From Vicugna vicugna (Eukaryota): a DNA stretch of 64,000 nucleotides. A program made the translations under genes and the position numbers. Shown here piece after piece: positions 24,985 to 38,469 of the stretch (positions are counted from its first letter, which is position 1; each line of letters opens with the position of its first letter). The notes below the pieces were generated by a model, which searched no databases, was not told the origin of the DNA, and saw only the letters and a program-made list of their open reading frames with translations. The stretch covers positions 443,303-507,302 of the forward strand of contig MU057640.1 of NCBI GenBank assembly GCA_013265495.1, read 5' to 3'.

Positions 24985-27900
24985 TGGACTTGCATCTGGG
25001 TTGGGAGAGGGTGGCTGTGTGACCCGTGCTGACCTGCTGGCTTCTGACCCTTCCCTTATGTCCCCATGTCCCTCCCCGGCTCCACTCTGCCCCAAGGCCC
25101 CTGGTGGAGGGACCAGGTCTTGGGTCATCAGGCAGTAGTCGGGCGGGGCTGGGCAGGCCTGAACTGTGTTTGGTGATGATGTTAAAGTTTCCAGTGACTG
25201 AAAGGGAGTGAATCTTCTGGAGGGAGCCCTGGCAGAAGCGTGGGGTTCACCTGGAGGGCCTCCGTGTAGTCACACATCCTGTTCTTTGCTCTGTCTTTCT
25301 CTGCATGCGTCAATCTTCCTCAATGGTCTTTACTCTCTCCTGTATCCACAGTTCCCACCCTCTAATCAGGAAAGAAACACCACTACCAAAGAACTCCCCC
25401 AAACAAACAAAAAACCCCCAAACCAAAACCCAGTACATTCCAGCAACTTAAGGAAAATTTGAAGAAAGAAGCGCTGTTGTCCTGTTTACTAAGTGGGCGA
25501 AAGTTACTTAATCATCCATAAGCTTTAAGTTCTATCCTGTGGAGCCCCTGCCCCGTCTCTTTTTCTGAGATGCACAAGCACATCATACAGAGGGTAGTCT
25601 TCATAGGCTCTGAGGACTGCAGGGGACATCGGAACTAGAATGTAAGCCCCACGAAGGCAGGAACCTGTGTATCCCCAGTGTCTAGAAGGTGTCTGACATG
25701 TAGTAGGTGCTCAGCGAACCCTTTTTGACTGCATGAGTATTAGAGCTAAAAGGCACTGCCAAGTTAAGCTTGTCCAGAAGGATCAGATGAACAAACAGAG
25801 GCTCCGAGAGATGAAATTGCTTGCCTGAGATTGCACAGCAAACTGGTGGTATGGCTGGGGCTGGACCCCAAATCAACCGGGCTTTTCCCAAACTCCCAAG
25901 AATATCAGACGCAAGTCGTGGCTTCTGTAACGTACATTCTTAAGCCCTGAGACGCCTGGCAGGTTCCCTGGTGAAAGAAGCTGTTCAGACCCCCTTCTCA
26001 TTCCGGGTCCAAGATTTCAGAGGTCCGGATAGAAGCAACAGGCTTCTGGGAGGGTTGTTCCCAGCTCCCAGAGTAGAGGGCATCTCTGAAAATGCTCGCT
26101 TGGATTTCTAGGCTGACATTCTAAACACTACCTCATCCTAAAAGTAAATGGTGAACTATTTTCACACTCTATTAAAATTTTAATTTGGAAAACTCTTGTC
26201 CTTGGAATGTGAAATTCACCAGGCACTTTATATCCTGCGGGCAGAGCTCGTTACTGGAACCTTCTTGCCAGTCCCACTTGTGAGCCCTACTTGTGGAGAA
26301 GGACCAGTGGGATCTGACCAGCATAGTGACTTTTACTGTTTGAGTTCAAAATGTCTTGTTTGTTTAAAAATGTTCACTCGGTTCAGGGTTCTTCTCCCCT
26401 CCGCCCCCAACACACACACACTCCTCCTTCACAAGCAGGGCACTTGGACTCTACAGTGGTGGTGGGGGGCGATATGTGAAAAATTAAAATGATTACTGTG
26501 AGCATCAATCTGATAGTCCTAATTTCACCTCATTTCTGTGGCCCTCCAACCTGACTCTTACTCCATTTCTGATCTCCCCCTTCCAGACCTTCCGGCCATC
26601 TTTGATCCTCCTCTTTCCCTAATTCTCTCTCTGTTCTAGACCTTTACCCCAGTCCTAACCCCCACTGCATCCCTCACCCCATCTCTGAGCTTATCTTTTC
26701 CCATCCCTGAGGTCAGGGTAGGGTGACCTCAGGGAGGGAGGGAGATTATCTGGTTTTCGCATTACCTGGTGTTTTTTAAAAGCTGAAAGTTTAGTGGTTT
26801 GTTTTTTAGATATTGTTAAAGGGCCCTTCTGTCAAAGCTAGCCAAGTCAAAGGGCAGTATCAAAGTTATGCTGGAGTCAATATCATGCCCCAACCTGTCA
26901 GTAATACAAATAATAAAGTATGTATTAAACCTTCGTTACGTATTCAGGACAGCACTAGGCACTTTCTCTAGTGCTATTTTGTTCAAATCCTTAGCAGTCC
27001 TAAGAATCAGGTATTTTAATCCTGATTTCATTGATGGGAAAACAGGTACAAACATCTTCAGGAGGTAGCGCACAAGCATACAGTAAATAAGAAGAGCAAT
27101 TACAGAATTACTAGGTGACACTTGAGTCCTGAATGGGTGAAGTGTCTGCTTCAAGGTCCCCCTTGTGGTTGTCCAACTGATAAGCCTGCTTCGATATCTT
27201 AGCGTGGTGTGATGGCTGCCCCTGAAATGCCCAAGACAGAGAAAATTCTCCTCCTTGACCCTGTGGATAGGTGGGCAAGCACTCCCTCGGGCCATGCTAG
27301 AAATACACCTGGGAACAGTTTTCCAAAGGGACAGACCATCCTGAGGAATGGTGGAGAGATGAGATTTGGCGCTGAGTTTCTCCCTGATCTTGCTGCATTT
27401 TAACAAATATTTAAACACTGGGCAGTATGGGGACTAAAAAGAGACCAGTCTGTTCCCTGCCCTCCGGGAGCTGACCGCGTAGAGGAGCATGACGCAGTTA
27501 ACTCCGTGGTAAGGCACCCGGCAACGACATGCTGGGGGAGAGTGGCCCAGCACGCGGAGAATCTGGGGAGAGAGTGACTCACAAAGTCACACCACATTTC
27601 AGGAGTCATTTGGTGGGGCTTTCACTGGAGGTTTTCCACGCTTCCAGAATGGTGCTGATTGTAAGAACAGCCTCTCCTCTTTCCCAGTGAAAGAAGTTGT
27701 AACGATGGAAGATGCTTTCCCAAAGTTTGCAGGACTGAACTTTGTTATTGCGAGAGGTGATGAGGATGGAGATGCTTTGGGTCCTTTGAAGCCCTGAGCT
27801 GATGATGTAAGGTGAGTGTTGGAGCCAAGGTATGGAGAGGTGAGCCGAGGGGCAAGAACTGGGTCTTACTATTGCCCTATCCCAACCAGCTGGCCCCGGA

Positions 27901-28534
27901 TGCAGGGAGCTTTCACTGTGGGAACTAAATGAGAGATTAAAATCAAGGTTCTGTGGGTTTCAGGGAATACATGATCAATACTGTTGGTCAAGTGCAGAAT
28001 GACCAGGAAGTGGCAAAAAAGAGATTAATGACTGTGAAAAGGTAACTTCTGAGGAGGGATGGCTAAGAGCTCAGCGGAATGGACAGATAAAAATATCATA
28101 TATTTGAGGGTCTTCTCAGTAAACATAAGGAACGTGGTTGGATCATTGCTAGAAAGGGCCTTTGAGGATTTAAGAGAAGGGTCCTCTAGCCCCCGGGGTA
28201 GTGTGTGGGGCCCGTGGAAGAGACGAAGCCTGAGCGGAAGGAGGTTCTGCCCGGAGTCCAGGAGAGGCAGACACATGGGACCACAGTTCAGAGAGAAGAG
28301 ACATCTTTTCCTCAGAAACTAGAGAGATGCTTGGAAAGAGCAGTCCTATTTCCCGCACCTTGCTGTTACCAGGACACCCCAAGCTGAGCCTGTGTGTATC
28401 GGGCTGCCCCTGCTCCTTGGCTCAGATGTCGGGCTTCATCTCAGTTTCAGAAGCAGCAGGCTTTCTCCTTCCCTCAGTAATGGCCTGTGGAGGCAGGTCC
28501 CATACGGGGCTGGGGCTGCACCTTGAATTTAGAA

Positions 28535-28586
28535 GTGTGTGTGTGTGTATTTGTGTGTGTGTATGTGTGTGTGTGTGTGTGTGTGT
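28535..28586. repeat. Interrupted (TG)n microsatellite, about 25 units
   Basis: Seen directly. Confidence 0.95.
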
Positions 28587-30517
28587 TCAGGGCTGGTAGG
28601 GACTCTCACTTTGCATAGGAGGAAGCTCAGAGAACAAAAGTGACCACTTCTTTGTTGTTTCCCTCCCTTGCTAGCTTGATATCTCGCAGGTGGCAGAGGT
28701 GCAACGCCTGTTTATTGAATAAACCAAGGAAACACAGCTAGTTACGGCAGAGATGAGAATTCAGATATTCTGATTTTTTTGGGGGGGTCACAGTCTCTTC
28801 CATGACACTGCCCAGGGTTCTGTGTGTTTTGTGCCAATTTCCCTGGAAACTGGTTTCGTTGGAGTAGTGAAATGGCAACTCTTTATTAATGGGATGGATT
28901 CACTCAGTAGCATCAGATTCAACTATCTTTGAGGGCTTCCGCTATGTCATGCACTAGACTTGGAACTTTCTCATGCCCCGCTACTACTTCCTCTGCTTTC
29001 TGGCTCCTTACTGGAAACCACAACAACAACAGCAACAAACAAACAAACAAACGAAACCCCGACATCCCTACTCCTGCCCCGAATACTCTATCAGTTCCAA
29101 AGCAAGAAGGCCTTGTACTTAAATAATCACGTGGGGAAAAAAAAATCCTACCCTCAGATAAATGTGAAAGGATACTGGCGTGGGCAGTTTTCAGTCTTAT
29201 TTAAATTAGGGATTTTGGGGATTGTTGTTGTTTTGTTGTTGGTCTTGTGGGATGGTGTCCAGTGGTCCAGCATTCACGCAATGCCTTGTCTTCACTATCG
29301 CTTCTCCGAGGATAGTTATAGGTTGGCATAATGTACCTATTGTTCTGTTCCACAAAGCAGCACTGTCACAGAATGAGGGGGTGGGATGGGGGGATGCAGT
29401 GCGGATCAGGAAGGAGGATCTCTGTGAGTGTGTGAGTGTGTGTGTCCTGGACAGCCGTGCTGCATCTTGAATTATTTTTCCTATTCCATTCAGTGGGTCC
29501 CTCTCACCTGTGCCCTGTTTCCCCAGTTGTCCATCCCTCATTTTCCTCACCAAGTTCTCATTATACTTTTCCCTCCTGGGCTTATCACTAAATCCTGGCC
29601 CAAGTCTGAGGATTTCAGCCATAGAGGCTGAGTTAGGATGTTGAAGGAAGTGTTTTAAATTGTATAAGTGAAGTTATTTGCCTGAGATTGACAGGCTCAG
29701 GGGCTCACAGTATTGCTGATGACCTCAGAGGTCATCCAGGCCAACGCCTTTCACTGGACAGTTGAGTTGTTCAGAGCTCTTCCACCACAAAGCCCATGAT
29801 ACTTTCCGGGACACATTGGCTAACTCAGGCGTTCATCCACTCATCCAGCGTAAGCTCACTGAGTGCTTGCCGTGGACTAGACGATGGCTGTGTCATGATG
29901 AGAAAAAAAGGGCACCAATCCTACCCTCTGGGGCTTCCACTCCAGGTGCCCAGGTAGGCGGGTCCAACATCTGCAGGTATTGTGGGGCCCACTTGAGCCT
30001 ATGGAATCCAGGACTGAGTGACATGCTGGCCTTGTCTCTTGAAGCTGAAAATTAGGACCAGATCTTCACGGCCCATGTGCCAGCCATCACCAGCCAAGAC
30101 TTTTTTTTTTTTTTTTAAATAAATGAGAGTGAGATCTCTTAGACTGAGATCTCCCTTGGAGATTTTAATGGTAATACCTGTCTTACATTTCTCCCTCTCT
30201 CCCTCCTCCCCCTGTCACCAGACTCTTCTGCACAGGGCCGGTAGTTACGTGTAGGACTGTTTTGGACTCCAGCCATAAGCAGTGTTTTTGACTCAGCACC
30301 ATTGGCATCTGAATGGGTTGACTACCTATGTTACCGTGAGCCTACAGGCCATGGCCTTCATGGTTCACCCTGAAAGGGGCGAAGCCAGGGGACACAAGGG
30401 CCACTGGGCTGAGGTTCTGTCAACAGGCTTAGAAGGAGAGAAGAGCTTCTCTATCTTTGGAATGAACCTGTCTCAGTTTTGTCACCTTGAACGTTATACT
30501 AAAAATTTATGTTCTTT

Positions 30518-30758
30518 TTTTGGGGAGAGGAGGTAATTAGGTTTATTTATTTATTTATAATATTAAAAAATTGTTTTGGCTATTTTAGGTCATTTGAATT
30601 TCCATACGCATTTTTATTTATTTATTTATGAAATTTTTTTCCGGGGAGGATGTAAGTAGGCTTATTTATTTATTTATTTTTGGTGGAGGTACTGGGGATT
30701 TAACCCAGGACCTCATGCATGCTAAGCATGTGCTCTACCACTGAGCTATACCCTCCCC
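30518..30758 (-). mobile_element. Composite camelid SINE insertion (SINE + L1 fragment + second SINE tail)
   Basis: Full SINE at about 30611-30758, an L1-like piece at 30571-30608, and a second SINE tail at 30518-30558, all between imperfect 17-bp TSDs. Confidence 0.75.
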
Positions 30759-33029
30759 AACAAATGTTTGTTCTTTATTAAACACTCAGCTTTAACTGGG
30801 AGTCCTGATTTTACCTGGTGACCTTACAGGGCAGGGTGGATGGAAAGATGGGCAGTGGGCAGGGACCCTGTATCCCCACAGGGGTGATGGTGGCAGAATG
30901 TGGTTAGTGGAGCACTGAGGTCCTGAAGGATGATGTGACAATTCCTCATGAGAAGGGTAGCAAAGACACAGATCAGAAGACGAGAAATTGAGAATGTCTG
31001 CCGTTTGTGGTTTTTGGAGAAATCACCGTGGAGGAATTGCACTCACACGAGCCAAGAGAAAAGAATGATCTTTAGCCTTGCTTTTCACCCAGTTGTATCT
31101 GAAAGTACATTCTGTAAAAGAAACGAATGTATTCCCTTTGTGTATATTTAAAAAGAATCCAAATTCTTTCCTTCTGGTGAGTTAAAACAAACCCCCAGAG
31201 CTGAAAGTCAATGTACTCAGAGGCAATCAGGTGTCTCAGGCTGCTTGCGGGGGTGGGGGTGGGGCAAGTGCCTTGAGGTGTGTGCTGACATGAGAGGTCA
31301 GGGGCTCAGCACCTTTGCGCCCGCTCCCAGGAGTTAAGTCTGAACATTGATTTCTACATGACTCTCAGATGCATAGTGTATGAACACCGGGCATGTCCTT
31401 GGAGATCAGCCACCCTGAGAACCAGGAGCCCTCAGAACTGACCAGCAGTGAGGGGCCTCACTTTACAGATGGGGACACCGAAGCCCAGAAGACTTAGTGA
31501 TGAACTTCACGCCTAAAGCAGCAGAGCAGGATGAGATCCAGGTCCTGACTCCCAGGTTGTACGTGGTTTACCGTGACTGTATGCTCACCAGTCTTGTCGC
31601 CTTTCTCAAATACAAGCATGCTGAGGGCAGAGACCATGTGCCTTGTCAGTTTTGTAGTGTCCCAAGGCCAGTGACAGTCCTGCACACCAGCCGATCCCGT
31701 TAGCCGCAGGCAAAGAAACGTTTGCTGGCTGGTACCCCCCCTACTGCCGTTGATTGGTTTGCTCCTCAGCGAGAATTTATTTTCCATGGCTCATCTGATG
31801 CCTGTGATCCCTCCTCTCTGGGACTGAGTCTTCTTGAAGGTGGACGCCTGGCAGGGATGGTGTCCACCACCAAGGGTTATTCTCGAGGAAGCTAGTACTT
31901 CTTCCCCTTCAGCAGCGGCCCTTCTTTCTGTCCCTGGAGTAGTTGGGTGTGCAGCTCTGTTTTCTCCTACTGCTGGAAGCATTCATTCTCTGGCTGTAAG
32001 GAGAGATGAGGTGCAGAGCTCTCACATTTTGTGTTTGTGCCTCACCTTTGGGGTGGCTTACCTAGCATGACCAGCCTTGTCTGGGTGCACTGAGTCCAGG
32101 TGCTATTTTCCTGATCTGTCTCCACTGGACATCCCTATGCCGAGCCAAGAGACAGTTGAACCCACCTGGTTATGGGATCACTTGTCAGTAATCCCTGGAA
32201 AGATTCTCTTGCTCAGAACTCTGTGACGACTTTACAAAGGCAGTGAAAGGGGGAGTGTGATTTACAGGGGAGGGAATGGTGTAGAGCTTCCCAAGGGGTT
32301 GCCTGAGCTGTGCGCCCACGCCCACAGTGAACAGTTCACAGAGTGGTCTGTGCCAATCCCCAAGGTCATGGTGATGCCTTCAGCCAGGTGGCAGAGGAAC
32401 AGGCCTTGTCTTGGCTCTGAGCCTCATTTCTATAGCTGCTATCTTTCTGTTTTTCCCGTGATTCTTTGAGCCACTTAGTGTCCCTCCATGGCTGCCCTGG
32501 ACTCCTCATATCCTTGTTTCAATGCCAAGCCTTATGGATACATTTGCGGACATCTGCCTTCAGTGACTTCAGGTCCAGACACCAAAGCACAGCGCCTGCA
32601 TACCTACTAGCTCTTTCTGTCTCTGTGGCTGCTGCCCAGATCCGAGCAGATGCTAAGGATTGAGGAGGCTACTGCCTCAGGCCAGTTTTTCATGTGATGT
32701 AGCCACCGGTGAATGCCAGGAATGGTTTCTTCTTGTGATGCAGTATTGGTGGGATGATGTTAACCACCCTGGCTTGGGAGGGGGAGAATAACTGTAGGGT
32801 GAGTGCCACTCAGAGAGTTGTCCCCCAGTATTCCAAAGACCAAAGCCACATGGAAGTAAGCCTGTGGTTATTTCCTTTCCTGTATTATCAAGTGGTCCCT
32901 GACCGCAGTTTCCTGAGGGTATTAGCCTTCATGGTGTGCCTATTTGTATGTAGGCTCAGTTTGCAAATATGTAACCACTTGCCTGTTTTCCCATCCCCTT
33001 ATGCATCCATTAATTCATCCACTATTTTT

Positions 33030-33101
33030 GTTTAATTGTGATGTTTGCTTTATTACAGTACTTTGAGACCAAACTCACAATATCTCTGAGGTATGCCTAT
33101 A
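33030..33101 (+). mobile_element. Tigger1-like TcMar terminal fragment
   Basis: tttgctttattacagtactttgagaccaaactcacaatatctctgaggtatgcctata resembles the Tigger1 right TIR. Confidence 0.65.
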
Positions 33102-33647
33102 TAGCCAGGAGTTCCGCATGACATATTTACACAAACCTCTACAAAACCTGTTAGCCACATTATTATTATTATTATTCAGAGGTATAGTCTTTAAATCATC
33201 TAGATTAATAAATGATTTTTTTCATTATGATATTCATCTGTGAAATGTAAAACTCTAGTGACTGACATCCGTCTGTTGGTTTTAACTGATCTATCCATCA
33301 TCCATCCACGCATCCATCCACCCAGCCATCTAGTAAGGGATGGTAAATTCATGTACTTAAAAGGACTAGGCAGGTGAAGTAAATTAGGAAAATGGGCTTG
33401 GCAAAGACAGCACGGAGTGTTGGGGATTGGAATGAGCTGGAGAGTGCAGTTTTTGGAGCTTCCATATACAATATTCCCTGACTCTGCTTCCTCTCAGGTT
33501 TGATGTGTGGCACCTGATGGTCACAGTGAACTATCTTTATCTCAAAAGCATTTGGGTAGGAGCAGCCTAGAGGTGTTTGAATGGGGCCCCTGGTCTCTTC
33601 TTCAGCCTTGGGTAGAGTCTGTTGGTAAAATCCAAACTCTGGAGTGT

Positions 33648-34200
33648 GCATCAGTCAGGGCTTTTTAATGTTGCAGATGGCAAGAAACTCAAACTGCTTA
33701 AACACAGAGAGGAATGTTCAGGCTCAAGTAACTCAAAGTTCAGAACATCTGCTTCACTGGGGTGGGTCTTGGGGCTCAACAAGTTCATCTGGTTTCCCTC
33801 TACCTCCCCTTTCTGTCTCAATTCCACTTTTCTCTACGTTGGCCTCCTTTGCAGAGAGGCCTGCTTCACGGGGGCCTCCCAGCAGCTTCAGATACATATT
33901 TTTATTAGCTATTCCATAGCAAGAGAAAGAAAGTGCCTCTCTCCAACAGAAATTCCAAGACTGACCCGGAGTTTGTCTACCCTGGACCACATACTCATTC
34001 ACCTTTGGAGCAGTCACTAAGGCCTGGGGAGGTGCTTTTCTCATTGACCAGGGCTGGGTCACAAGCCTGTCTCTAAAGCTGAGAGGTAGGTGGGTTTGAT
34101 TTTACTCAACTGATGGTGGGGGAGAGCTGGTTCCCTGGAAGAAAACAGAGGTGTTACTGGAAGGAATGGCAGCTTGGCAGGCGGACCACCCCTGTTCATC
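33648..34200 (-). mobile_element. Old MaLR LTR (MLT1J/K-like)
   Basis: tcagtcagggctttttaatgttgcagatggcaagaaactcaaactgcttaaac...ttgaccagggctgggtcaca. Confidence 0.55.
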
Positions 34201-35674
34201 ACAGGGAGGGTGGGTTGTTGCATGAACTGGGCTCTTCCTGGGAGCAGGACCCAGGACCCTGAGTGGGACCAGAGCTGCCCGCCCTTTCAGCCCTACCCTT
34301 GAGCAGCGGCCACCCTTGACCTTTGTCCAGCTCTCGTCAGGCACAGGATGAGGACATCACAGCTCTCAGTGGGTGGAGGCTGTCTTCCTCTGCCTCCTAC
34401 ACGCTCCCAGGATGCTCGGGTCTCAGGAAACCTGATTCTTACCCCAGAACTTTAAAAGGTTTTGGAGTCTGGGGAGAGGGCAGTAACCCAAGAGGGTCCC
34501 AAAGTGCTCGGAGCACTCTTTGAACTTCCAACCTGGTCCTGCCATTGTAGGACGGATGGCCAAGCTCCTTTCAGCAGTGCCTGACTTGGGCTCAGAACTC
34601 GGCTACACTGATCCCATGACTTGGCGCAAGGCAGGAACTGAGGCCGTTGGAAGAGCCATACTTGGAATTTGGAGCCTCTGACTTTCCACCCTGGGCAGAA
34701 GCTGCTGGAAGGGGAGAGGGGCCAGGCTGTATCCTCAGCTGCACTGAGGTGTGGCCTAGTGGGAACCCAGAGTTCTCCACTGGGACTTTGGTCCCAGAGA
34801 GCAAATCAGGCAGGTGTCAGGTCTGATCTTAGTCACGTGCAATCCTCAGTGCCAGAAATACCACCTCTCTTTGGATTGAGCAACAGTTTTCTCCTTGCCT
34901 TCAAGGATAGTTTTAACTGTTTCCTACTTTGGTTGCTTTTGTTTGTTTGTTTGTTTTGTCTGTTTTTTTTTTTTTTTGTTTTTTTTTTTTTTTTGGTTGT
35001 TGAAAATGTGACTGCCAGAGAGCAGAATATTAAAAGGAAGATAGAAGAAGGGTAAATGGAGCTCCTAAAAGGACCTATTTAAAAAAGCACTTGAAACTAT
35101 CAAGAAGTGAAACTCTGCTTATTAAGAAGTAGGATTAGTGATGGCGAAGAGCACCCAGGAGACTTCACACCCTGTGTCCTGCTGCAACAACCCAGTGAGG
35201 CTAACGGGGAACAGTCACTTTCTTCTTAATATCTGTTTTACAGAGGTAGAAATGATAATTAAGAGGGTTGGGAAGGGCTTGCAGTTATTGGAAGAGTTGA
35301 GTCTACAACCCAGATCTCTAAACAGCTAGCCTAGTTTTTAAATCACCGTACCTTACGTCGTAAGTTCATGTGAAACTTTCTTTTTAGCTTGACTAAAGTT
35401 GGCGAAAAAGAATGTTGACGGAGAACAATAGAAAAAATGAGTCTATTTATTAGGTGTCTAGTAACCCAATCTGAAAACATTCCTCAAACCAAAGTACCAC
35501 AATAGAATTTTGTGATCCAACATAGTTTCAACTTTCCAGCATGCCATTCATTCATTCACAGTTTTATTGATTTATTGATTCAATACTTTATTTGTGAAAC
35601 AGTTACTGTGTAACTATTATATGCTGGGCTTATATTGGTTATTGTGGACATAAAGATGAAAAAGACACTGGTTC

Positions 35675-36045
35675 TTATTAGTTTTGCTGCTCACCAATGT
35701 GCCCCAAATCTTCCAACAGCAACCATTTATTTTTCTTACTATTCTGTGGCTTGGCAGTTTGATCTGGGCTCAGCTGGGTGGTTCTTCTGATCTTGGCTGG
35801 GCTCACTTATGTGTCTGTGGTCATCTGCTGGGGAGTTGTGGGCTGACTGGTCTAGAATACCCTCTGCCAGAATGGCTTCTCTCTGCTGCATGTCTATCTT
35901 CACCCTCCAGCAGGCTAGCCCACACTTGGTCACATGCCAAGCAACTAGGCAGGGTTCCAGAGAGCAGAGTGGAAGGCCTCTTGAGGCCTGGGCTTGGAAA
36001 TGGCACAACCTCACTTCTGCTGGATTCTTCTGGCCAAAGCAAGTG
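35675..36045 (-). mobile_element. Old MaLR LTR (MLT1H/G-like)
   Basis: ctgggctcagctgggtggttcttctg...ttggctgggctcac...aggcctcttgaggcctgggcttggaaatggcaca...cacttctgc. Confidence 0.65.
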
Positions 36046-37461
36046 TATCCTAGAGGACTACTCAGCTGCAGGAGGGCGGTCTTGCTTATTCTCCTATCCA
36101 TGTGCAGTGCTTAGTCCTATTTCCTACGGGCCTTGCTTCCCGTGTCACTTCTCCACACTTCACCTTGCCCTGTCGGGAAGACCTGCCCTCTCTCCTTTTT
36201 CATTTTCCTCTAATTCTACCTACCATTCAGATTCCACGTTTATAAGACCTTCTGGGGATGTTTCCAGACTTAACTAACCTCTTCGGTGTTTTTATCAGCA
36301 AAAATACTTTTTGTGGATTGCATTTACCACTCACAGGGTATTTGAGTTAGGAGCTGCAGAAGCAAAAAATATCCCTGCCCAAAAGAGGTCTATTTTCTAG
36401 GAAAAAGAAAGTAATAAGCAAAACCTACCTCTTAGAACTGTTGTAAGGATTAAATGAATTAATATGCATACATTGCCTAGATAGTGTCTGAGAGATAGTA
36501 AGGGCCCCATAAATCCAACATACCAAGGTTTATTTTTTTGTGAAATTTAACTACACAACAGTCCTAGGAGGCAAATTTTCCTGTCTCCTTTACAGATGAA
36601 GAAAGGGGTGCTCAGACAAGTTACACAATTTTCCTCAAGTCACATAGCTAATTAGCAGGAGATCTGAGATTCAAATTCTAAAACTTTTTAAAACACCTGA
36701 GATGCTTTCATGATGAAATCAAATGACTCATGATGATGTTGTAAAGATAAAGTGCTTGTTCCTTTGGTCTCTGCTTCAGTTTGCCCATCTACACAATGGG
36801 AAGGTAGAAAGATTCCTGATGAGAATGTTGACTGTAACCTGCAGCCCAAATCAGTCACAGTACAATTAGAAATCACATGCAATTATTTGTAAGAGGAAGA
36901 CACGTGGAGGGATGGAGCACGAGTTTGTGGAAGAGAAGAGTGCTTGGGCCTCACACTTGTCTTCTTTTTGCAGAAAATAAGCTGAGATCCCTGTTTCTGG
37001 ACTATGTCCCGGCTGGGAAATTCTGAGCATAAATCTAGGTCTTTGGGAGTCTCTGCTGGGGCCCCTCTGACCTCACAGGGTCAGTCTGCGTTGGGCCGAG
37101 TGGCCCCGCTGCTTCCTGGGGCCTGACGGGGCCTGCTGGTATTTGCGGACAGTCAAGTAGTTCATGTCAACCTGGCTTATTTAGTGACTGAGCCTGATAA
37201 AAGCAAAGTGACTGGCTAATGGGACTAGTGGGCAGCTCATTAGTTGTGAGCCTGGTGTTTAGAGAGAAGGGTGCATTTTATTCTTTATTCTTTATGACCT
37301 AAGTGGAAAGTTAGTACGTACTTTTAGTTGAGGAAATAGAAGCTTATATAGACACTGAATGGTGGAGCCAGAGCTGGTGCCCAAAGTCCATGCTCTTAGG
37401 CACTGTACACCTTACACTTAAACTAGATTTTTGCCTCAAAATAAACCATCTTCAATATTCT

Positions 37462-37546
37462 TTTTATTTATTATTTTATTTTATTTCTTTACTTTTTAGT
37501 TGAGGTATAGTTAATGTGCACTATTATGTAAATTTCAGATGTACAC
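37462..37546 (-). mobile_element. Extremely 5'-truncated L1 with 12-bp TSD
   Basis: T-rich tail + ttgaggtatagttaatgtgcactattatgtaaatttcagatgtaca. Perfect TSD cttcaatattct at 37450-37461 and 37547-37558. Confidence 0.8.
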
Positions 37547-37645
37547 CTTCAATATTCTCAAGCATAAGGTAGAACCTTACCTCTTACAATCTCTCACCAT
37601 TGCTGTAACAGTTCTCCAGTGCCCTTTGTAACAGAATCTACCTTT

Positions 37646-38099
37646 GGCAGAGACAGTAGAGGCCCCTCAAAGATGTCCACACCCTCATCCCTGGAATTTG
37701 TGAATATGAGGAAAGGGATTTGGCAGATGTGATTTAATTAAGGGCTTTGAGGTGGGGAAATTATCCTGGATATATGTGGGTGGGGTCCTTATAGAGAGAG
37801 GCAGGAGGGTCAGAGTTAGAGATGGTGATGTGACAATGGAAGCAGAAATCGTCCTGATGCAATAGAGGAAGGAGCCACAAACCAAGCAATGTGGACAGCC
37901 TCCAGAAAGTGGGAAGGCAAGGAGATGGATCTTCCCCTAGAGCCTGCAGAGGGAACGCAGCCTCGCTGACGCCTCGATTTTAACCCTATGGGGCTCATTT
38001 TGGGCTTCTGACCTCCAGAACTGTCAGTTATTAATTAGTATTGTTTTAAGGCACTGAGTTTGCGGTCATCTGTTACAGCAGCAATAGGAAACCAGTACA
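37646..38099 (+). mobile_element. MaLR solo LTR (MLT1D-like)
   Basis: ggcccctcaaagatgtccacaccctcatccctggaatttgtgaatatg...ttctgacctccagaactgt...gcagcaataggaaaccagtaca. Confidence 0.85.
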
Positions 38100-38469
38100 C
38101 CAGCTTTCCACATGTCCTGCTGAATATTCCAGAGTTCTAACCTGCTAAAGATTTTTCCTCCTTTGTGACCCAGTGCCCTTGACCCGCACTGGGAAGATCT
38201 GTGCTGTGAGTCAGGTTCCTGCTGGTGCGGATGGTTTGCGCTGAGTCATTTGCATACTGACCCTCTTGGCTAGACAGCTGGCTAGTGGTGGGGATGCAAC
38301 CTGAGCCAATGGCATTGAGATACTTTATTTTTTCATATATTCTGCTGCTGCTCATTCTTGCGGACAGAGAGGCCAGTGGAACAAACAAACAATGCTGTCT
38401 GGGAGTGACCCCAGCTGTCTTTTCTGCCCCTGGTGGTAGCAGCAAGTGGAAGGTGGGATCCCACGTCAT

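Noticed and set aside
29718..29736. Perfect palindrome gatgacctc-a-gaggtcatc (everted nuclear-receptor half-sites)
   Set aside because: It resembles the gaccttagaggtcatctagtccaac motif of old MIR-type repeats, so it is probably repeat-derived.
35684..36277. 197-aa ORF, the longest in the track
   Set aside because: It starts at a non-ATG codon, largely overlaps an old MaLR LTR, and has no recognisable domain.
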